This document shows, piece after piece, positions 59,133 to 64,000 of a DNA stretch of 64,000 nt. The notes below the pieces were generated by a model. That model had not been told where the DNA came from, did no database searches, and saw only the letters and a list, made by a program, of their open reading frames with translations. Both the position numbers and the translations under genes were made by a program. Origin of the DNA: Bacteroidales bacterium (GTDB lineage: Bacteria > Bacteroidota > Bacteroidia > Bacteroidales > UBA12077); the NCBI GenBank assembly GCA_028282585.1, contig JANQHR010000062.1, positions 6,916 through 70,915 on the forward strand, given 5' to 3'. The number at the start of each line of letters is the position of its first letter. Position 1 is the stretch's first letter.

Positions 59133-59304
59133 GAAACTACATTTTTTCAAAGGTTTCTTAGCTAGTATTTTGATCTTTTCCTGTAAAATTTTATAACCAA
59201 AAGATCATTCCAAAAAGAATACCTAATATTGTTAAATGTCATTATAAATGGCAAAAGCATATCAAAACCAGATAATTGGTTTAATCAATATGATACAACA
59301 TTTA

Positions 59305-59398
59305 AAAATCGAAACTAGCCGATTCATATATAAATACGGAACACGCGGTTAAAAAAATGAGTTTAGAAAGGATATTAGAGTTTCTGAATTAAAAAACT
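59305..59398 (+). repeat. Direct repeat copy B (orphan copy of the SNF2 3' end)
   Basis: 94 bp matching 57726-57819 with 3 mismatches. Not preceded by any SNF2 coding sequence. Confidence 0.85.
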
Positions 59399-59494
59399 TT
59401 GATCGTTCCTAACTTTATTTTGACTGGTATTAATCTGTTTTGTAACTTTTCGTAATTTAAAAGAGTAGAAATAAACAAACTAACTTTAATAATT

Positions 59495-60073
59495 ATGAAA
59501 AAACAATTACTCAAACTATTCACATTTTTACTTTTAACATCCTTTTTGTCAATAGCAAATCAGCTCATTGCACAAGAAACGCCAACAGAAACTTTAAGTA
59601 AAGATGAACTTAAACTCAAAAAATTAGAGGATAAAGTAAAAAGCATCGAAGCTAAAATTGAAGCTACCCAGACTAAAATTGATTACGCTGATAGTTTAGT
59701 TCAAGCTGGATTTGAAATGGGAAAAGAAGCAAATAATGAACTAAAAATAATCGGTAAAGAAGAAAAAATGTTTATAAAAGAAAATAATACCAAAAGAAAG
59801 GAACTTAGAAAACAGTTAAAAAAGGCTGACGAAGACGATGAAAAGGCAGTAGAAGCTGAAATAAAACAGCATGATTCGATGGTAAAAGCTGAAATGAAAA
59901 TTTTCGATAAAAGGTACAGTACTGAAGAAAAAAAGCTTGAAAAAGCCAAAAAGAATGATGAAAAAGGAAAAGATAAATTGAAACAATATAATCCTAAATT
60001 AAAAGAATATGAAAAAGCGTTAGAGGAAGCTGAAGAAAACCTTGCTGAATTCAGGACTGAGAAAGAATTATAA
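59495..60073 (+). CDS. Secreted Lys/Glu-rich coiled-coil protein, paralog 1
   Basis: 192 aa with a signal peptide (LLKLFTFLLLTSFLSIANQLIAQE), then a charged helical region. Collinear similarity to the next gene. Confidence 0.6.
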   Translation: MKKQLLKLFTFLLLTSFLSIANQLIAQETPTETLSKDELKLKKLEDKVKSIEAKIEATQTKIDYADSLVQAGFEMGKEANNELKIIGKEEKMFIKENNTKRKELRKQLKKADEDDEKAVEAEIKQHDSMVKAEMKIFDKRYSTEEKKLEKAKKNDEKGKDKLKQYNPKLKEYEKALEEAEENLAEFRTEKEL

Positions 60074-60093
60074 TAAAACCTCACGCTAACCCA

Positions 60094-60131
60094 AAAAAGA
60101 TGTCTAAAAGTTAAATTAGGCATCTTTTTTT
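60094..60131 (+). terminator. Intrinsic terminator after coiled-coil paralog 1
   Basis: AAAAAGATG pairs with CATCTTTTT, with an inner extension, and a T run through 60131. Confidence 0.55.
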
Positions 60132-60244
60132 ATATCCGGAATATTTGAATTTGATAAAATATAGATTTCTGTTGATGAATAAATAAACCTTTTTTCGAAA
60201 AACAAGTAAATCTTTGCAAATAGAACTTGTTATTTCTTAAAATT

Positions 60245-60817
60245 ATGAAAGGGAACTTATTATTTTTATTTTCTTTAGTTTATTTAAACTTAGTTAATCC
60301 AAATTTTCTTGTTGCCGAAAATCCGTCTTCAATTGATATGAGTAAAGAAGATTTAAAATTAGTAAAATTACAAGAAAAATTCGATCGAACACAAATTAAA
60401 GTTAATGCTACCAAAGCAAAGTTAGAATTAGCAGATAGTCTTATCCTGTCAGGAAATATGTTAGAAAAAGAAGCGAAAAGTGAAATTAAAAAGATACGTA
60501 CAGAAGAGAAGAAATATATAAAAATCAAAAATAACGAAAGAAAAATACTTTGGAAGCAATATAAAGAATCAAAAAAAGATAATGTGAATGTAATCGAAGA
60601 CGAAGTTAAAGAACTTGATTATCAATTTAAAGCTGAATTACGTCAGTTTTATAAAAGGTATAAAGCTGAAGAAAGAAAATTAAAGAAAGCAGAAAGAAAC
60701 AATCAAAAAGGTAAGGATAAAAGAAAACTATACGAACCAAAATTAAAAGATTATCAAAATGCTTTGGAAATAGCAAAAGCTAAATTGGAAGAATATCAAG
60801 CAGAAAAAGGGTTATAG
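60245..60817 (+). CDS. Secreted Lys/Glu-rich coiled-coil protein, paralog 2
   Basis: Start moved to ATG 60245 (MKGNLLFLFSLVYLNLVNPNFLVAE). Aligns with paralog 1, e.g. SKDELKLKKLEDK/SKEDLKLVKLQEK, ADSLV/ADSLI, GKDKLKQYNPKLKEYEKALEEAE/GKDKRKLYEPKLKDYQNALEIAK. Confidence 0.6.
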   Translation: MKGNLLFLFSLVYLNLVNPNFLVAENPSSIDMSKEDLKLVKLQEKFDRTQIKVNATKAKLELADSLILSGNMLEKEAKSEIKKIRTEEKKYIKIKNNERKILWKQYKESKKDNVNVIEDEVKELDYQFKAELRQFYKRYKAEERKLKKAERNNQKGKDKRKLYEPKLKDYQNALEIAKAKLEEYQAEKGL

Positions 60818-61699
60818 AAAATCACTTTGAGACGGAAAAATATCAGGAGCGGTATTATTAATAGCTTTTTCAAGCAACATTAATAAATTGTCCTTATCTT
60901 TTGATAATGTCCCTTGTAAAGGAATATTGTTTGAAACATGATTACTTCGATATATTGCATTTTCAACTTCCAAATTTTCAATAAATAACTTTAACTCTTT
61001 AAATAGCTCAACAATAGTTTGCTGTTGGTAATTTCCATCAAATCTGTTTTGGAAATGATCCAAGCCATAGGGTAAACTTAGTGTAAGTGTTGATAAAAAT
61101 TTTGGATTTACCTTATTAATTATTTCAGCAGACTTCAAAGCATGTTGCTCAGAATAAACCTTCCCTCCTAATCCGTTAATAATCATAATTGAAGTATCAA
61201 TTCCCGCATTATGCGCCTTTATTATTCCATTAACTGTAGAATTAAAGGTTTCTCCTTTATGAATTAATTTCAGGAGTTCTTCATCTCCTGTTTCAATACC
61301 AATGTACAATAATTTTAACCCTAAGTTTCTCAATTCGTTCAGTTCCTGTTCTGATTTTGATAGAATATCTCTGGGTAATGCATAAGAAGATACTCTTTGT
61401 ATTTTTCCAAACTGCCTATTTATCTCATCTAAAATAGGAATCATTTTTTTTGTTGATAAAACAAATGCGTTTCCATCAGCTAAAAATATTTTTTTTACTC
61501 CTTTATAATATTTCACAAGATTGGATATATCACTCTTAACATCTTCAATACTTTTTGTCCTAAATTTTTTGGAAGTATACATCTCGCAAAAAGCACATCG
61601 ATTCCATGAACATCCCAGCGTAACCTGAACAATTGCAGATCTTGCCTCGGCAGGAGGACGAAAAAGTGGCTCATCATAAGCTATTGGAGTAAAAAACAT
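60812..61699 (-). CDS. Radical SAM protein (small, no SPASM or B12 domain evident)
   Basis: 295 aa. The cluster motif is GCSWNRCAFCEMY, i.e. C-x4-C-x2-C spacing as read from nt 61580-61620. TIM-barrel-like remainder (LADGNAF, YIGIETGD). Confidence 0.85.
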   Translation of the reverse strand: MFFTPIAYDEPLFRPPAEARSAIVQVTLGCSWNRCAFCEMYTSKKFRTKSIEDVKSDISNLVKYYKGVKKIFLADGNAFVLSTKKMIPILDEINRQFGKIQRVSSYALPRDILSKSEQELNELRNLGLKLLYIGIETGDEELLKLIHKGETFNSTVNGIIKAHNAGIDTSIMIINGLGGKVYSEQHALKSAEIINKVNPKFLSTLTLSLPYGLDHFQNRFDGNYQQQTIVELFKELKLFIENLEVENAIYRSNHVSNNIPLQGTLSKDKDNLLMLLEKAINNTAPDIFPSQSDFL

Positions 61700-61804
61700 A
61701 TTCCTAAATTTTATGGATCTGTAAAATTAAACTATTTGTTTGTTTTTGACATCAAACGAAAGAAATAGTAACTTACGTTCTTTATAAAAATAAATTCTTT
61801 ACCA

Positions 61805-64000
61805 ATGAAAAAAATATATCTGTTCATATTCATTATTAGTTTTATTAGTTTAAAATCTATCTCGCAAGAAAATTTAGCTTATTTTTTAACCGAACCAACT
61901 CTTTCTCCCGATGCTTCAAAAATTGTTTTTGTTTATGAAAATGATTTATGGCAGGTTGATGTAAATGGAGGAATTGCAAGTCGATTAACCGGTATGGAAG
62001 GAGCGGAAACTAATCCCCGCTTTTCTCCCGATGGAAAATGGTTGGCCTTTTCATCAAAACAGAATGGAAATGCTGATATTTATATGCTACCAGTTAATGG
62101 AGGTGAAATTGTTCAACTTACATTTCATGAAGCAGACGATTATGTAGACGGTTGGTCCTGGGATTCTAAATCAATTAACTTTAGTTCTAACCGATATAAT
62201 GTAATAGCCTCTTATAAAGTAAATATAAATGAAGGTACTCCAAGCCGACTTTTTGGCTATGATTATTTTAATAATGTTCATCATATTGCTGAAGCTCCCG
62301 ATGAAGAAGCTTTTTATTTTACCGAATCATGGGAAAGTTTTATGTTTCCCCACCGAAAAAGGTATAAAGGAGATCATAATCCTGATATAAAATATTACAA
62401 CCAAACTACAAAAGAGTATAAACAGTTAACAGACTACAATGGTAAAGATTTATGGCCAAGTGTAGATAAAGATGGTAATTTATATATAGCTTCAGATGAA
62501 ATTAATGAGGTATACAATCTTTTCATGTTAAATGCAGGTATAAAAAAACAACTTACAGATTTTAAAACTGCCATTATAAGGCCTCAAGTCAGTGTTAACG
62601 GGGAAAAAGTTGTTTTTGTAAAAGATTATCAGGTATTTGTTTATGATGTTGAATCGAAAACAACCTCAAAACCAGAAATTAAAATTTTTAAAAATGAAAC
62701 GCTGGCTACAAATAAATCATTTAAAACTCAAGGCAAGATCACAAATTTTGATATTTCTTCGGATAATAAAAAAATAGCTTTTGTTTCAAGAGGCAGACTA
62801 TTTGTTTCGGATATTAAAGGAAAATATGTAAAAGAAATTAATACAAATCCTAAAGAAAGAGTTAAAGAAGTTAAATGGTTTGATGATAATAAAACAATTC
62901 TTTATACTCGAACTAATAAAGGGTGGACAAACTTGTTTAAAGTTTCTGCTATTGGCGAAACTATTGAAACACAACTTACATCTGAAAATAAAACAGAACG
63001 ATTAATTGAACTATCTCCAAATCGTGATAAAGTGGTTTATATAAGTGGTTCAACAAATATCAACATCCTAAATATTAAATCATCACAAGTTGAAAAAATA
63101 ATTGAGGATGAGTTCTGGTTCCGAGGTGCACAGCCTTATTTTTCTCCTGATGGTAATTTTATACTATATACTGCGTTTCGAAATTTTGAACCGGATATAA
63201 TGATATATGATATTAAACTCAAAAGAAGCTTTAACTTAACAAACACTGGTGTTCCTGAAAATAATCCGGTTTGGTCGCCCGATGGAAAATATATATATGT
63301 TTCTGCCGAAAGGTATTTCCCAAGTTATCCGCGTGGGAAAGGAACGGATAAGATTTATAGAATTCCTTTGTATCGCTTTGCAAAAGATTTTAAATCGGAT
63401 GAATACGAAAGATTATTTGATAAAAATAGAAAGGACACAACTATTGATATAAAATTTGAACTAGATAACATCTCAGAACGATGGGAAACAGTTTTCAAGA
63501 AAGAGGGAGAACATTATTATCCAATAATTTTTAAGGATGAAGACAAAGACATTTTATTTTTTAATTCTTATAATGATACCGAAAAGTCTTACTTTAATTT
63601 CGCAGAAATTAAGCCTTTCGAAAAAATCAATGTTAAAACAATTCATGATACTCCATTCGAGATGTTGATTAAAGCTAAAAGTAAGTATTATGCATTGGTA
63701 AAGGGAGATATATATGAGGTAAATGTATCCGGAGGCAAGTTAGAAAAAATAAAAATTAATTACGTATTTAATAAAAACCTACTTGATGAATTTGAACAAA
63801 TGTTCCATGAAAACTGGGCCGCTTTAGCAGAAAATTTCTATGATATAAATTATCATGGAGTTGATTGGAATGCTACTAAAACTCAATACGAACAGTTTCT
63901 TCCATACATTAGAAACAGAGAAAATTTACGTCAGTTACAAATTGATATGTTAGGTGAATTAAATGCATCGCATCTTGATTTTAGAACTAAGGGTGATGAA
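61805..64000 (+). CDS. Tricorn-protease-like / PD40 beta-propeller S41-type peptidase; C-terminal end lies beyond the window edge
   Basis: Absent from the ORF track because there is no stop in the window. Hand translation from ATG 61805 stays open through 62820 (checked), reads NTGVPENNPVWSPDGKYIYVSAE in-frame at 63242, and 61805-64000 is exactly 732 codons; 62821-63241 and 63311-64000 were not read codon by codon. It reads MKKIYLFIFIISFISLKSISQENLAYFLTEPTLSPDASKIVFVYENDLWQVDVNGGIASRLTGMEGAETNPRFSPDGKWLAFSSKQNGNADIYMLPVNGGEIVQLTFHE... Confidence 0.8.
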   Translation, partial: MKKIYLFIFIISFISLKSISQENLAYFLTEPTLSPDASKIVFVYENDLWQVDVNGGIASRLTGMEGAETNPRFSPDGKWLAFSSKQNGNADIYMLPVNGGEIVQLTFHEADDYVDGWSWDSKSINFSSNRYNVIASYKVNINEGTPSRLFGYDYFNNVHHIAEAPDEEAFYFTESWESFMFPHRKRYKGDHNPDIKYYNQTTKEYKQLTDYNGKDLWPSVDKDGNLYIASDEINEVYNLFMLNAGIKKQLTDFKTAIIRPQVSVNGEKVVFVKDYQVFVYDVESKTTSKPEIKIFKNETLATNKSFKTQGKITNFDISSDNKKIAFVSRGRLFVSDIKGKYVKEINTNPKERVKEVKWFDDNKTILYTRTNKGWTNLFKVSAIGETIETQLTSENKTERLIELSPNRDKVVYISGSTNINILNIKSSQVEKIIEDEFWFRGAQPYFSPDGNFILYTAFRNFEPDIMIYDIKLKRSFNLTNTGVPENNPVWSPDGKYIYVSAERYFPSYPRGKGTDKIYRIPLYRFAKDFKSDEYERLFDKNRKDTTIDIKFELDNISERWETVFKKEGEHYYPIIFKDEDKDILFFNSYNDTEKSYFNFAEIKPFEKINVKTIHDTPFEMLIKAKSKYYALVKGDIYEVNVSGGKLEKIKINYVFNKNLLDEFEQMFHENWAALAENFYDINYHGVDWNATKTQYEQFLPYIRNRENLRQLQIDMLGELNASHLDFRTKGDE

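Noticed and set aside
59701-60528. Minus-strand ORFs 59701-60123 and 60280-60528
   Set aside because: They are Ser/Phe-rich antisense shadows generated by the AAG/GAA-rich coiled-coil genes.
58900-61699. GG-leader Cys-rich peptide plus radical SAM protein as a RiPP cluster
   Set aside because: The two genes are 1.7 kb apart on opposite strands and separated by two unrelated genes and terminators. The rSAM lacks a SPASM or peptide-recognition domain, and no protease or transporter is present. ORF 58946-59134 is an alternative frame of the peptide gene.
63249-63452. 67-aa plus-strand ORF
   Set aside because: It is an alternative frame inside the long open tricorn-like CDS, which reads NTGVPENNPVWSPDGKYIYVSAE in the main frame here.
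1-64000. CRISPR arrays, rRNA/tRNA genes, transposases, integrases and prophage genes
   Set aside because: I scanned for regularly spaced direct repeats, conserved rRNA/tRNA strings and recombinase-like ORFs and recognised none. The only repeats found are those listed as features.

Overview
AT-rich, gene-dense 64-kb chromosomal window. The gene content (RNase Y, ZapA, TonB-dependent receptor, ECF sigma modules, M23/M28/M1 peptidases, LysM protein, four-helix-bundle gene, lipoproteins with a Cys just after the signal peptide, NuoEF-type flavin/FeS complex, rubrerythrin-like protein) suggests an anaerobic Bacteroidota-like host; this is inference, since no database search was possible. Layout: (1) 1-2.9 kb, tail of an amino-sugar modification operon (acetyltransferase, DegT aminotransferase) with a HEPN/MNT toxin-antitoxin pair and a four-helix-bundle gene inserted. 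(2) zapA, a ~190-nt structured RNA, then rny. (3) Envelope peptidases, a TonB-dependent receptor, and an ECF sigma/anti-sigma/DUF4097 module. (4) A secreted TPR-CHAT caspase-like protease, divergent from two tandem unannotated 41-42-codon double-glycine-leader peptide genes. (5) Alkaline phosphatase and 5'-nucleotidase. (6) A ~16-kb co-directional chemosensory operon: receiver, coiled-coil protein with a CheZ-like motif, STAS, CheY, CheA, CheW, 2 MCPs, CheR, His-less kinase-like protein, CheD, CheB, GAF/PAS sensor, decayed kinase remnant. (7) Crp-family regulator plus receiver, M1 aminopeptidase, LysM protein, ferritin-like protein. (8) A three-gene NuoE/NuoF/GltD-fusion complex resembling Stn/Bfu-type electron-bifurcating transhydrogenases. 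(9) DJ-1/AraC pair and an SNF2 helicase whose last 94 bp are duplicated 1.5 kb downstream, bracketing a mosaic of gene fragments plus a Cys-rich GG-leader peptide. (10) Two paralogous coiled-coil proteins, a radical SAM protein and a tricorn-like protease that runs off the right edge. No rRNA, tRNA, CRISPR array, transposase or integrase was recognised. The best candidates for something undescribed are the TPR-CHAT plus tandem GG-peptide locus and the non-canonical accessories of the Che operon. All calls come from reading the ORF translations and the nucleotide sequence by eye.
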